The position numbers and the translations under genes are program-made. 64,000 bases of DNA from positions 5,344,001 to 5,408,000 of the forward strand of contig OZ220733.1 of assembly GCA_965116875.1 (NCBI GenBank), in the 5' to 3' direction. The notes below the pieces were generated by a model that made no database searches, was not told the DNA's origin, and saw only the letters and a program-made list of their open reading frames with translations. Source of the stretch: Candidatus Latescibacterota bacterium (lineage in GTDB: Bacteria; Latescibacterota; UBA2968; GCA-2709665). Position 1 is the first letter of the stretch, and each line of letters opens with the position of its first letter. Shown here piece after piece: positions 9,681 to 19,951 of the stretch.

Positions 9681-10238
9681 CTATCTGTTCTTCTGAACCG
9701 AAATATAGTCCCGCAGTATCTCGATGGCCGGAAGGTCCACATCTCTTGGCGGCGCCCCGGCAGGATGTTTGTGGAAGTTGACCTTCTCGTCCAATTGGGC
9801 CTCGGCACTGAGGATCGGGCAGGAAATGTCACCAAGCCGCCCCTCCGGCGCAAGAAAGGAGCCTTGCGGATAAGGCCAATCGGTCCAGCGGCCGGAGGTT
9901 ACCACTTCACCGGAGTGATTCTTCTCGAGTAACCCAAAACTGACATATTGATCGAGTTTGTAAAAGCCGATATGCTCTTCGGGATGCCGAACTTTCTGGC
10001 TGGAATACCCAAGCGTTCCAAGGCATGCAGTCACGTCCGGCACGTCTGTTTTCCAAATCGCCCAATCGACGTCGCCGTGGACGCGTGTAACCTCACCCAG
10101 TAGAAAGTCCAGCGCCCAACCCCCGCTCAGCCAGTGTGGGATCGAACGGGCGGTCAATGCACCATGAATCTCCCGGATCAGCCCAAGCTGAACGGGATTC
10201 GGATCGTCGAGGCATCCATCGATTGGAGTCTCAGACAT
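9681..10238 (-). CDS. Nucleotidyltransferase, ANT(2'')/LinA-like family
   Basis: WLSGGWALDFLLGEVTRVHGDVD signature. Confidence 0.85.
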   Translation of the reverse strand: MSETPIDGCLDDPNPVQLGLIREIHGALTARSIPHWLSGGWALDFLLGEVTRVHGDVDWAIWKTDVPDVTACLGTLGYSSQKVRHPEEHIGFYKLDQYVSFGLLEKNHSGEVVTSGRWTDWPYPQGSFLAPEGRLGDISCPILSAEAQLDEKVNFHKHPAGAPPRDVDLPAIEILRDYISVQKNR

Positions 10239-10424
10239 AGGTCTGTTTCATTGAAGAATTCGCGAATCGAAACACTGATGCATTGTAGCCGCCAACCGAT
10301 CACCGACTCCAAACCGATGATTGGGGTTGCGAAGGGCGGAAACACCTGAACGGTGTAGTTGTCTTTAGACCTTACACGCGCTATTCGCCGGCAGCCGCTG
10401 AACCAATTGAAGTCGAGTTCTTCA

Positions 10425-10829
10425 TTATGGCTGAATTCCACCAGCTTTTGCTACAATCGATCGCAAATCAGGGTCGGAAAACCGATTTGACTTCATCACT
10501 TTGCCGTCGTTCCTGAATATCGGTTTACCCTGTTCATCCAGCTTGCTCATGTTGCTCCGGTGGACCTCATCGAAGAGCTCTTCGGCAATATCCTGCAGAC
10601 CGTGAGCGATAAACGTACCAAGAAGCACGTATAGCATGTCGGTAAGGGCGTCCGCGATTTCGACGATGTCACAGTCACGCACGGCCGCTCGATATTCCTC
10701 TAACTCCTCCAATAACATTCGGATACGCCATTGGCTTGTCTCCCCTGGCAACTCTGCAACAGGCGCGTCCTCCCTGTGACACTGGAACACCTCGTGAAAA
10801 CGTCTCACGCGATCGAGCTGATCTTTCAT
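10425..10829 (-). CDS. Nucleoside triphosphate pyrophosphohydrolase (MazG-like/PRA-PH fold)
   Basis: EELEEY...EIADALTDMLYVLLG...EVHRSNMSKL..RNDGKVMK. Confidence 0.9.
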   Translation of the reverse strand: MKDQLDRVRRFHEVFQCHREDAPVAELPGETSQWRIRMLLEELEEYRAAVRDCDIVEIADALTDMLYVLLGTFIAHGLQDIAEELFDEVHRSNMSKLDEQGKPIFRNDGKVMKSNRFSDPDLRSIVAKAGGIQP

Positions 10830-11023
10830 CTGGCATCTCCTGATAATTACGCCTAAGACGTTTCCTGGCAGTCAATTGGTGTTGGTTCGCCATTGTCGCG
10901 CCGACATTTGCATAGATTCGCCCAGGTTCGCGCTTTCTCGCCTTGCCTGTCCTGGCCCAATTCTGCCGATCTTGCATTGGTCGCACTATGCCGATCCCGT
11001 ATTGGCCACATATCGGCGATCAT

Positions 11024-11056
11024 TAACATTGTAGGGGCGTCCCTTGTGGGCGCCCG
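11024..11056. repeat. GTAG-type REP-like palindrome (family D)
   Basis: taacattGTAGgggcgtcccttgtgggcgcccg; exact 33-nt reverse complement at 41160-41192. Confidence 0.85.
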
Positions 11057-11105
11057 ATGTTTCGTGATCGTCTAGCCGCGGGTTCGGGACAGTGAATGCT
11101 CGTGT

Positions 11106-11906
11106 TCATGAGTCGCAGAGCCAGCTATCCCTGTCGTACTCGAAGGCTTCGAAGTCGTCGCGGTAGAGGTCATAGGTCAGAGCCGCCAACTCGCGACTGT
11201 ACGCCACGTCCAGTGGTACGTGTGCCGATACGTTCCGTCGTTCCGAGACTAGCGCGACCGTTTCCTCCCGAGCGCCGAGCCGCCTCAGGACCGCCCTGCA
11301 ATCGACTGCGAAGTTCTCAAATCGGCCGATGAAATCATAATCGATCAAGTCCCGCCTGAGAATCCGTGACTGAGCATTAAAATGTCCGTCATAGATGGCG
11401 TCCGGCTTGAGCTCGTATCGTACCTTTCCGCCGCAGTCTGACAGGAAATGAACGAAGTCTGCAAAGGTTACCGTGACCGCATCGCGTCCATCCCCGGCAG
11501 GGGAGTTGAATCTCTCCCGAATCGCATTCTGTAACCACGCATATTGGGTGTCCCGTGTGTTCCCGATCTTCGACTTGTAAGCCGAGTGCAGCCGATGGTA
11601 CGGATTGCGTACAAAGCAGAATCTCACCCATTCCGGCGAGGTCAGAATATCGATGATCTCTTCAGTGCTGTATTTCCCGAGGAATAACCCGACATCGAGA
11701 CCGTGGACGCCGTTCGGTTTCGCCGGCGCCGGGTTTCCAGCCAGATCGAAGAGCGTTACTTTTACCGTAGTACAGGCAACCTTGGGTAAAGTCATGCACA
11801 GGCACCTGTACTCGGGCACGACCCATCCGTGGTAAGAGAAACTCTGGTTGGCATCATTCGCCCGTGCATTCTCGATGAGCGATGCCAGTTGTTTCGCTTC
11901 GACCAT
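11106..11906 (-). CDS. Sulfotransferase family 2 protein
   Basis: PKVACTTVK and FVRNPYHRLHSAY PAPS-binding motifs; YDFIGRFEN; start at ATG 11906. Confidence 0.88.
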   Translation of the reverse strand: MVEAKQLASLIENARANDANQSFSYHGWVVPEYRCLCMTLPKVACTTVKVTLFDLAGNPAPAKPNGVHGLDVGLFLGKYSTEEIIDILTSPEWVRFCFVRNPYHRLHSAYKSKIGNTRDTQYAWLQNAIRERFNSPAGDGRDAVTVTFADFVHFLSDCGGKVRYELKPDAIYDGHFNAQSRILRRDLIDYDFIGRFENFAVDCRAVLRRLGAREETVALVSERRNVSAHVPLDVAYSRELAALTYDLYRDDFEAFEYDRDSWLCDS

Positions 11907-12058
11907 TACTGCCTCAGACCGGGGCTCTTCAAGCCGTATCGAAAGGGTCAGACTAAACCAAAGCCTGGAAAGAAAGGCGTCCGTGACCCGAATCAGGACC
12001 CGTGAATTGGGTTGCCGATTTCCAATGCCTGAGAGCGCCACAGCGCAAGACAGGAAAT

Positions 12059-12826
12059 TCAACTTTCCAACATTCGATCAGGTGCTGCCCTGCGAACCCA
12101 TTCGACTTCGCCGAGGACGAATGTTTCTACCTCCCTACAGTAACGCGTGACGTCCCCCGGATGATCTGTCTCTTGATTAAGGTACATTCTGATCGGGGTC
12201 AACATTTCCAGAATCGAGTCAATACCCGGCAGGTTCGAAAACGCCGGAAGGACATTACGTTTGCCAAGTACATATTTGCCAGTTCGGTCCCAAACAAAGA
12301 TTCGAAGCCAGTAGATGATGTTGTTGACGCGAGCATCGGAGACGTCAATTGGGGCCGGAAAGTCGCGTTTCCAGGCCCCGAGAAGGTCTGGTACAAGATC
12401 GGCCAGTGACCGCTTCATATCCTCCTTCGAAGGATCCGGAATCGCCGACAGGTCCAGATGTCCCAGGATTACCCGTCCTTGCTGCTTGAGCTGAAGAATC
12501 TCATAGACCATATCGTGGAGTCTGCCGAATGGAGGGCTGAGATCGGATTCATGAATGCCATATCCTCCGAATCCCTTTGAGAATCCGTACTTCACCCAAT
12601 ATCGCTTGGCCATCTCCTTGATTTCAGACAGAAGGCCTTCCGGGCAAGCGTCCCTTGCGACCACGACCAAATCAATATCACTTCTGCCCGGGACGTAGGA
12701 ACCTGCAGGCAGCGATCCCACCGCCACAACCGCCATCAGGTGAACACCCAAGACCTCACGGCTCTCTGCAGCGAAAGTGTCTGCGATTTCCCACGCCTGG
12801 TCATCGGCAATTACAGGTGCTGACAT
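12059..12826 (-). CDS. Nucleotidyltransferase domain protein (AadA-like N-terminus)
   Basis: VGSLPAGSYVPGRSDIDLVVV. Confidence 0.8.
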   Translation of the reverse strand: MSAPVIADDQAWEIADTFAAESREVLGVHLMAVVAVGSLPAGSYVPGRSDIDLVVVARDACPEGLLSEIKEMAKRYWVKYGFSKGFGGYGIHESDLSPPFGRLHDMVYEILQLKQQGRVILGHLDLSAIPDPSKEDMKRSLADLVPDLLGAWKRDFPAPIDVSDARVNNIIYWLRIFVWDRTGKYVLGKRNVLPAFSNLPGIDSILEMLTPIRMYLNQETDHPGDVTRYCREVETFVLGEVEWVRRAAPDRMLES

Positions 12827-13373
12827 AGCTACGACGCTCCGAGGCAGCTATACGATGCGCGGTTTCACCCAATGGTTCGCTGGCGCACGGTGTCGTTCAC
12901 CTGCCATGAGCCATGAAACCAGGGTTCTCTGATGATGCAAATGCGGCGGAGCCGCGTCCCAGCTTTTTTGTTATCGAAATCCTCGCGCAGCGAAGGTGGC
13001 TCCTGGTTCGCGAGTCCCGAACTGTACCATTAAGCTGTCACCCGGGTTCTGCCAAAGAACTGTCGACCGGTGGTGAGAGCATGCTTGAGGTCAGGCACCG
13101 ACGCTGAGCCAGCGAACACTCTCGCCGATGCCGCGGCCGTCCGTTCAATAAACTCATATACCGAAGCAGCGCCTTCTAATGCCAGCTCCGACACCTGTGG
13201 TCGCTGTTTCATGTCTACTCGCCATCCCAGTCTCGTGGCACTCAATTTGCAGACAGTAAATCTCGAATCCGGTTTCAGGCGAGGGTCTTGGGTGATCGCG
13301 GTCTCGCCACAGTCAAGTTGGGCCGGATGAGGTTTTACCGAAGCCCTTTCGATCGTGTTGAGGGACACGTCCC

Positions 13374-14762
13374 TCAATCGGCTTGCGGCTTTAGCTGCTC
13401 TTCAGAAAGTAGCTGGCTGATTCTGATTTTGCCTGAGTCGTCGATGATTTGAAGATAGACTTCCCGGCTGCCTTTCTCTCCAACGAACCTCAAAAGGCCG
13501 AAGTTGTAATCTCTGACGTATGGCGCCGCCGATTGAGGGCCTCCACCCCAAAGGGCTCCTCCACCGGGCGTGGGATCCGGGTTGCGTCGTCGGACCGCCA
13601 GATTCGAACTCAGAAGTTCATAGAGAGGATAATCAAACCCCGGTCGGTCCAGGCGATGGAGTCCACCGACGTGCCAATCTCCTGCAAGAAAAAAGACGCC
13701 GGTGATGTCTTCGGAAAAGAGCCATGCAAAAAACTCATCGCGTTCATTTCCAAAATTCGCCCATGTTTCCCCGGTTCCGTCAACAACCGCCGTGCCGCCG
13801 GAAGCGATCACCTTGAAGGTGGCCGTGCTGCTTTTCAGTTTGGCCTTGAGCCATTTGAGCTGGCCTTCTCCAAGCATCGTGGACCTATCCTCCGCTTCGT
13901 TCGGGTCCCTGTGAGAACGGTTGTCGAGCATGAAGAATTCAACGTCTGCGATCCTGAACCTGTGGAAGACGCCAGGCCCACCCGAGGTCTCGGCGTATGG
14001 GTTCGGCCAGTAACGGCGGAACGACTCGATTGCGAGATCCCGCCACTTGAATGTCCGGTCGGAGTTGTTCGGTCCGAAGTCGTGGTCGTCCCAGATGCCG
14101 TAGCTCGGTGTCGTGGCCACGATGCCTCTGAGCCCGGGGACCTGCCGGAATCTGCGATGGTAGAGGGACATGATCTCTCTGGCACCGGCTTCGGGGAGAT
14201 CGAATCCTTCCGCTCTGCCCGGCATGTAATTGTTGTCGCCGATAAACAGAAAGGCGGCAGGGCGGAACCTCGCAACCTGCGACCAGATCGATTGAACAGG
14301 CACTCTCGCGGGCAGATTGCACGATCCAAAGGCGACTGTGAATTCAGTGATTCGTTCGGGATCTGTTTCCAAGATCGATTCGGGCGGCATGAGTGGAAAA
14401 ACCTGGACGGTCTGGGGACGTACTATCTTACCGTCGACATAGACATCGTAATAGACCAGCCGCCCAGGTGGCAACCCGGAAAGTTCGATGGCGCACGTAT
14501 ATGGCGTCGTCGATTCCGTTCTTCCTTCCGCTGAACCCCTGAACATGGGTTCTCTGAGTGTACGGTGAAACATGATCCGGGGCTCAATCCAGTAGTCAAT
14601 TCGAACCGTCGCGGCGGCGTCCGTTTCTACCCAGATTGTCGATGACGTCGTCGTGGTATGCCCCACAAGCGGTCCTGAAATCAGGTTTGCGGTTTGCGCG
14701 GGTGCCGATATACTATGGAAAACAAGCGCCAGGGTCAGGACAGTAAGAAATCGAAGCTGCAT
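13374..14762 (-). CDS. Alkaline phosphatase D family metallophosphatase, secreted
   Basis: Signal peptide; FGSC, IGDNNY, IWDDHDFG, LAGDWH motifs; AAGGAGGAG RBS before ATG 14762. Confidence 0.9.
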   Translation of the reverse strand: MQLRFLTVLTLALVFHSISAPAQTANLISGPLVGHTTTTSSTIWVETDAAATVRIDYWIEPRIMFHRTLREPMFRGSAEGRTESTTPYTCAIELSGLPPGRLVYYDVYVDGKIVRPQTVQVFPLMPPESILETDPERITEFTVAFGSCNLPARVPVQSIWSQVARFRPAAFLFIGDNNYMPGRAEGFDLPEAGAREIMSLYHRRFRQVPGLRGIVATTPSYGIWDDHDFGPNNSDRTFKWRDLAIESFRRYWPNPYAETSGGPGVFHRFRIADVEFFMLDNRSHRDPNEAEDRSTMLGEGQLKWLKAKLKSSTATFKVIASGGTAVVDGTGETWANFGNERDEFFAWLFSEDITGVFFLAGDWHVGGLHRLDRPGFDYPLYELLSSNLAVRRRNPDPTPGGGALWGGGPQSAAPYVRDYNFGLLRFVGEKGSREVYLQIIDDSGKIRISQLLSEEQLKPQAD

Positions 14763-14834
14763 TGACTCCTCCTTCTTCGGAAGTAACATTCCCACACGAT
14801 TCATCTCCTCCTGAAAGTCATTTGCCAGCACGTT

Positions 14835-15809
14835 TCAAACTTCTGCAAACGAAGCTAACACGGCGTCCCAGGCCAGTTCAGAAGCTATGAATCCTATATC
14901 AAGCTCATCCAGTGTTTTTGTCGTAACTTCGTTTGTCGTAACGGCATACAGGATATCGCCGTCATATTGGGTGTGGAAGGGCTGGATGGCCTGCGCCATC
15001 GAGCTATGGACCTGTTTTGCCAACTGATGAAGAGATCCCGCGTCCAACTTGCGGTTGGTAACCACCAATGTCAGGGTGGTGTTTTCGCGTGAAGGCTTGC
15101 GCCCTGTCGACTTACCGGATCGACGTTGGACCCGATCCCGTATGTGAAGCCGGTTTCCTGTACTCGGATCCAGATTCCCTCGAACGACCTGCCCTTCACG
15201 ATTGACAATTGCGCCGAGCGCATTCACAACGGTAAATACCGCAATCCTGGTACGACCGATCTGTCGAAAGGCGGCGCCCTGTCCGGATGATTCTCGAACA
15301 CCCAGCCCGGATCCGCCGCCAACGTGAGCCGAACGACCGGCTCCTCGTGCGCCCAGAGGAAAGACGCCAGTACGGGCTGCTCGCAAAGCCGCCCGGCCCA
15401 ATTGCATATCCGGATAGATAGCGTTGTTCCTGCCTCGCCAATCCCATATTATGGCGCCGGAAACGAGGGGAATATTCTCCCAGTTTATGGAATATTCCTG
15501 CAGCGCGAGAAGTTCAGCGCGTACACCAAGCGCCGCTTCAAGACCGTAAAGAGATCCGCCGGCGAAGCAAATGGCGTGATACCAGCCATAACCGGTCTCA
15601 CTGGCGCCAACGCTTCCCCCTCGAATATCGACAGCCGTGGTGACTCCCTTTGGAAAATGGAAGACGGTACAACCGGTTGGACCCTCTTCGTATTCGGCGA
15701 TACCGACCTTCATATCCTGGATGTTGAATTCGAGGGTTGGACCTCCAAAAGTCGTCATCGGCGTCAATTGTACGCTATCGTGTGAAACCGGTTTTCTTCG
15801 CCTGCCCAT
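14835..15809 (-). CDS. P1 family (DmpA/S58) peptidase
   Basis: GPTGCTVF, FAGGSLYGLEA, ENTTL autocleavage site, PFHTQYDGD. Confidence 0.9.
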   Translation of the reverse strand: MGRRRKPVSHDSVQLTPMTTFGGPTLEFNIQDMKVGIAEYEEGPTGCTVFHFPKGVTTAVDIRGGSVGASETGYGWYHAICFAGGSLYGLEAALGVRAELLALQEYSINWENIPLVSGAIIWDWRGRNNAIYPDMQLGRAALRAARTGVFPLGARGAGRSAHVGGGSGLGVRESSGQGAAFRQIGRTRIAVFTVVNALGAIVNREGQVVRGNLDPSTGNRLHIRDRVQRRSGKSTGRKPSRENTTLTLVVTNRKLDAGSLHQLAKQVHSSMAQAIQPFHTQYDGDILYAVTTNEVTTKTLDELDIGFIASELAWDAVLASFAEV

Positions 15810-15927
15810 AGTTCTTACCTGTCTGGAAGTGGATTTCGTCTGAGGATATTGCAGGTAGCGAGCTTATAGTTTACATCCTCCCCTGCCGCCGCTCCGCTTG
15901 TCGAAGCGGTCGTTAAGCCAGTCGAAA

Positions 15928-16061
15928 CGTGGTCACTGAGCATGCCTGCATTGAGCTTGTCGAAATGTCGAAGTGCCCGCGTTTCGACGTCCTTTTTCCT
16001 TCGCCGACCCTTCGACCCTTCGACAGGCTCAGGGACCGCAAGCTCAGGGAGCGGCTCAGGG
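15928..16061. repeat. Two nests of 23-nt hairpin units (family A)
   Basis: cactgagcatg[cctgcattgagcttgtcgaaatg]tcgaagtg and cccttcga[cccttcgacaggctcagggaccg]caagctcaggg. Confidence 0.9.
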
Positions 16062-16162
16062 TGCCCGGTCAATATTGTGGTAAAAGGTAAATTACCGGGT
16101 GCTCCCCGCAATACCTGTCTGGATAGGGATTATGTCGAAAGTTAAGAGACCATCCTGGAAAT

Positions 16163-16855
16163 TCAGTTGGATTCGGCGATCACCTGGACCGCCGAGGACA
16201 GATCTTCCAGGTTAGTAATCGCCACATCGGGAATTTCATCCGGTTCCCGTGGTTCCAGTGCCGCATATCTCCCCTGCCGGAACCAGATGGTCCGGATGCC
16301 CAGCTTCATTGCCGGGATGATGTCGTTATCGAGCCGATCGCCGATCATGATCGCCTCGGAAGGGGTGAACCCGGCCTTGTCGAGGATTGTCAGGAAGAAA
16401 CGCTCATCGGGCTTCTTGATCCCGATACTTCCCGAAACCTCTCTATAGCGAAACCAGCGGAGCACGCCAAGATCGTCCAGCACGTCCGTGATACTCGCCG
16501 GCGCGTTGCCGGCCAGCGCAAGTGTGTATTTTTCGGCCAACTGTTCGAGTATCACAGCGGCTCCTGGATACAGCCGGAACCCGAGAGATCGAATCTCCGG
16601 ATAGTGAGATCGCACCTCCGTCGTAATCTCGTCGAAGAGGGACGCGTCAGATCCGGCAAAGTGCCGGGTGATGGCGTGCAAGGGACTCGGAACGAACTCT
16701 GATATCTTGTCACTGTCCAGAAGCCGATACTCTTTAACGGACAACTCGAATCCGAATCTGGCAAGCGTGGTTCGATGCACTTCCATCAGGGCATCCTGCT
16801 GACCTTCGGCGTCGAGGATGGTCTCCCCGACGTCGAACAACAATACGTTAATCAT
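16163..16855 (-). CDS. HAD family hydrolase
   Basis: LLFDVGETILD, KKPD, MIGDRLDNDI. Confidence 0.9.
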   Translation of the reverse strand: MINVLLFDVGETILDAEGQQDALMEVHRTTLARFGFELSVKEYRLLDSDKISEFVPSPLHAITRHFAGSDASLFDEITTEVRSHYPEIRSLGFRLYPGAAVILEQLAEKYTLALAGNAPASITDVLDDLGVLRWFRYREVSGSIGIKKPDERFFLTILDKAGFTPSEAIMIGDRLDNDIIPAMKLGIRTIWFRQGRYAALEPREPDEIPDVAITNLEDLSSAVQVIAESN

Positions 16856-16886
16856 CTCAGTCTCACACGGATCGCGAACTCACTTT

Positions 16887-17921
16887 TCAGAGCATTTCCG
16901 TCGTCTCTCTCAATGTCTGAAGCAGCCGTCTCACCTCGGATTCGTACGATCCGCCTCCGTGCCCAATGGGCTTTCGCGCAGTCATCGTCCAGATGATTTC
17001 CTGAACAGTGTAAAGGAGATGAACCGACTCCCACGACGGCCCGCGAAGTCCCCTCACGTCCAAATACTCACTCCAGAGAGCCGCTCGAAATACTGAGAAA
17101 TCGTCCCGGCAACGCCAGATCTCCTCGCCCCACTCACCGAAGTTGAACTCAAGTGCGGGATGTCCAATACCGGCATTTCCCCAATCCAGAATCCCGGTCA
17201 CGTCCAGGTCTCGTTCTGACCGCACCAGAATCTGGTCTTCGTGGATATCGCCGTGAAGCAGCACGTCGTCCATCCCCGCCAGTTCTGACAACGCCCGTTG
17301 CCACTTGTCTATAGTCGAGGCGGAGTTCAGGTCACGGAATTCTTCCGCGCCGAATCCGGCAGCCAATTCCCCGACCGAAGAAGCGATCGAATCCTGCACT
17401 TCGCCCGGCGAACCCGATCGCAGCGCCTCATACATCCATCGATACGAGTCGCCGTGATCGCCGTCGAGATCCTGAGACAGAGGTCCCAGGAAGCCTGTTT
17501 CCGGTCCCAGTCGAACGCTATGCCAGACACCTGCGAGCCGTCCAACCGAACGAAGCACCTGCTCATAGTCTCCAGAACGTAAGGACCGTTCGATCGAGCC
17601 GAGCAGCACCCCGTGAAGACGCGTGACAACCCCGAACCGGTACGGGCTCAATTCGCTATTCTCGATCGCCCTAACGAGCCTGGGCGCCAGCAATCCGTCG
17701 CGCTCGCCCAGGAATTTATATAGTTCCAGTTCGGTATTCACGGAACATTGGTGCCTCGGATGTCTTGGAAACAGAAAGACATGATCCGGAGACTTGATGA
17801 TGTGCTTGGTCCATCCAGTGAAGTCGGGTTCGAGCTCTCCAGGTGTCAGCTCGAAGGCTTCACAGAAACGATCCAGGTAAGGTTTGCTCAATATGGCTTC
17901 GATTGCAGCGGAGTTTTCCAT
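16887..17921 (-). CDS. Aminoglycoside phosphotransferase (APH)-family kinase
   Basis: LLHGDIHEDQIL and GILDWG motifs. Confidence 0.85.
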   Translation of the reverse strand: MENSAAIEAILSKPYLDRFCEAFELTPGELEPDFTGWTKHIIKSPDHVFLFPRHPRHQCSVNTELELYKFLGERDGLLAPRLVRAIENSELSPYRFGVVTRLHGVLLGSIERSLRSGDYEQVLRSVGRLAGVWHSVRLGPETGFLGPLSQDLDGDHGDSYRWMYEALRSGSPGEVQDSIASSVGELAAGFGAEEFRDLNSASTIDKWQRALSELAGMDDVLLHGDIHEDQILVRSERDLDVTGILDWGNAGIGHPALEFNFGEWGEEIWRCRDDFSVFRAALWSEYLDVRGLRGPSWESVHLLYTVQEIIWTMTARKPIGHGGGSYESEVRRLLQTLRETTEML

Positions 17922-18029
17922 CGTTGGGTTATCCGGGCATGTATGCCCTATCAAGAATTAGCCGATCGGAAAGCGTGTTTGAACGTCGGACAGATATTCT
18001 ACGCTGCGTTATCGGGACTTCAGACGCCC

Positions 18030-18239
18030 CACCTTGATTTGCAAATATCCGGGCACCTGAATGTCGAATATATACAGAAAAACAAAGGCGAAATGACGTC
18101 AAAGGTCCCGGTCACTTGAGGTCACTGGATGTGAGGGGAGATTTCATCCACTTGAACGACCTCAATACCCCGTTTTGGCACCGTCACCTTTTGTGCTTTT
18201 TGCGGTAAATCAACCGTTGTCTTTTTTCGTATTGAGGCT
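18030..18239. mobile_element. ~200-bp MITE-like element, family C copy 1
   Basis: Ends caccttgat...attgaggct (imperfect 9-bp TIR); colinear with 38601-38821 and 32583-32776. Confidence 0.75.
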
Positions 18240-19554
18240 AATCCTTTCCGTTTTCTCTCTTTGCCAGGCTGGCGCAGACCAGTTCCTCGTCGTTTCGGGC
18301 AAACACGTGCTTATAGGCAAATGCAGGATGCGACCACGCGACGCCGCCCCTGCGGTTCAACTGGTCTCGGGTCGGCTCGATCAGTTTCGCACGGCTGATG
18401 ATATTCAGCCCGTCCGGCGAAAGCGTGGTGATCAACAGTTCACCCCGTTCATTGAACATCCAGACCCTGTCGCCGTTCCGGATAAAATGGATATTGCTCC
18501 AGCGGGCTTTGGGAACCGCCGTGAGGTCTTCCCAGATCCGATCGCCGTTGCGGGCATTCAGACAACGGAGTTCGCCGTAGCTGTCCACGCCGTAGATGAA
18601 CTCGCCAATTCGGACGGGGGTCGACATCGTCGAATGGAGCGCGTCCGTGTTTCTTTCACTCTCTCCCCTTCGGTGCCAGCCGAGGCTCATCTTTGGTTCT
18701 TCCGGATTCAGTTTCAGCAGCAGCGAACCGTCAAAGAAGTCAGTAAAAAACAACTCGTTCCGGTAAAGGACGGGACTTGCGATCCCTACTTCCATGCGAT
18801 TCGGCGGAAACGGATGGCGCCAATATACGCCGCCGGTCTGCGGGCTGAGACCGGCGATGCTCTCAGCTGTCCGAATGACCAGCACGCGTTCGTTTCCCTG
18901 TGTAATCACAATGGGCGCCGAGTAAGACGCCTTTTCGTCAAGAGCCTTCCATTTCTCGGCTCCCGTTTCCCGGTCGAACGCGACAATACACGCGCCGGGC
19001 GTGCCGCCGATCTGGACGATCAGGTTCGAATCTTCAACAATCGGCGCGCTGGCGATGCCCCACGTCGGCATCTCGATATTGTATTCGGTGTTCAGATCTC
19101 TTTTCCACTTCAATTCGCCCGTCGCCGCGTCGAAACAGTGGAGATGGCCCATCGCCCCGAGGGCGTAGGCGAGACCTTTGTGCACGGTAACCGTCGCGCG
19201 GGGACCCGCGACGTAGTTGATCCTGTACTCGCAGTCGTACGTGTAGGACCAGATCCGTTCGCCCGTTTCCCACGCGAAACACTGTACCCGCTCGACCTGT
19301 TTCGGTTTCGCAAGCCGGTCGGTGACGTAGACACGACCATCGGCGACGCTCGGACCACTGTAGCCGCTGCCGATCGGCACCCGCCATCGGGTGGGGACCT
19401 CCGGTCCGTCGAACGCCTCGAGGATCCCGGTTTCACGCCATACACCGTCCCGGTTCGGCCCTCGCCACTGCGGCCACTCGTCGGCCGAAACCGAGGAAAC
19501 GGGGATCAGCACAGCAAGCAACATTAGCGCAATGATCGATTGGATCTTATTCAT
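18238..19554 (-). CDS. PQQ-like beta-propeller repeat protein (BamB-like), secreted
   Basis: Signal peptide, DEWPQWRGPNRDG, GYSGPSV, WSHPAFA; Trp-docking repeats. Confidence 0.88.
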   Translation of the reverse strand: MNKIQSIIALMLLAVLIPVSSVSADEWPQWRGPNRDGVWRETGILEAFDGPEVPTRWRVPIGSGYSGPSVADGRVYVTDRLAKPKQVERVQCFAWETGERIWSYTYDCEYRINYVAGPRATVTVHKGLAYALGAMGHLHCFDAATGELKWKRDLNTEYNIEMPTWGIASAPIVEDSNLIVQIGGTPGACIVAFDRETGAEKWKALDEKASYSAPIVITQGNERVLVIRTAESIAGLSPQTGGVYWRHPFPPNRMEVGIASPVLYRNELFFTDFFDGSLLLKLNPEEPKMSLGWHRRGESERNTDALHSTMSTPVRIGEFIYGVDSYGELRCLNARNGDRIWEDLTAVPKARWSNIHFIRNGDRVWMFNERGELLITTLSPDGLNIISRAKLIEPTRDQLNRRGGVAWSHPAFAYKHVFARNDEELVCASLAKRENGKD

Positions 19555-19951
19555 CGATAGCCCTCTCCTTTCGTCCGTCACATCTTGCTGCTTTAGGGAA
19601 AGCTTCCGTGGCCTACGTGTCCGAATGAGCCTGACGTGTCCCCGGGTTGCCGGACGGTCTGGAAACCCGAAATCGGATGCCCGGGACAAGGAACCGTCGT
19701 GATTGCAGCACACGCCGGCTTACGCGGGATGTACCCGTTTTTTTTAATAGAAGAAAGGCGCTGTCACCGGCTGCCGAAACTTCCGTGAAAACCCTGGATG
19801 CGGCAGGTAAGTCACGAACCTCTTTTTCTGTACATCAAGGTAACAGAAAGATGGATGTCCGACAAACCGGGTCAAGTCCAATAAACCCCAGGCGCCGTAT
19901 GGCGCAGCGTAGATGAATATGCCAGAGGGAGTTGGAATATTCACATATGAC

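Noticed and set aside
13030-13377. 115-aa minus-strand ORF
   Set aside because: No motif or convincing RBS; probably spurious or a remnant, so not called as a CDS
18175-19527. 450-aa plus-strand ORF
   Set aside because: Antisense shadow of the beta-propeller gene; no recognisable motifs
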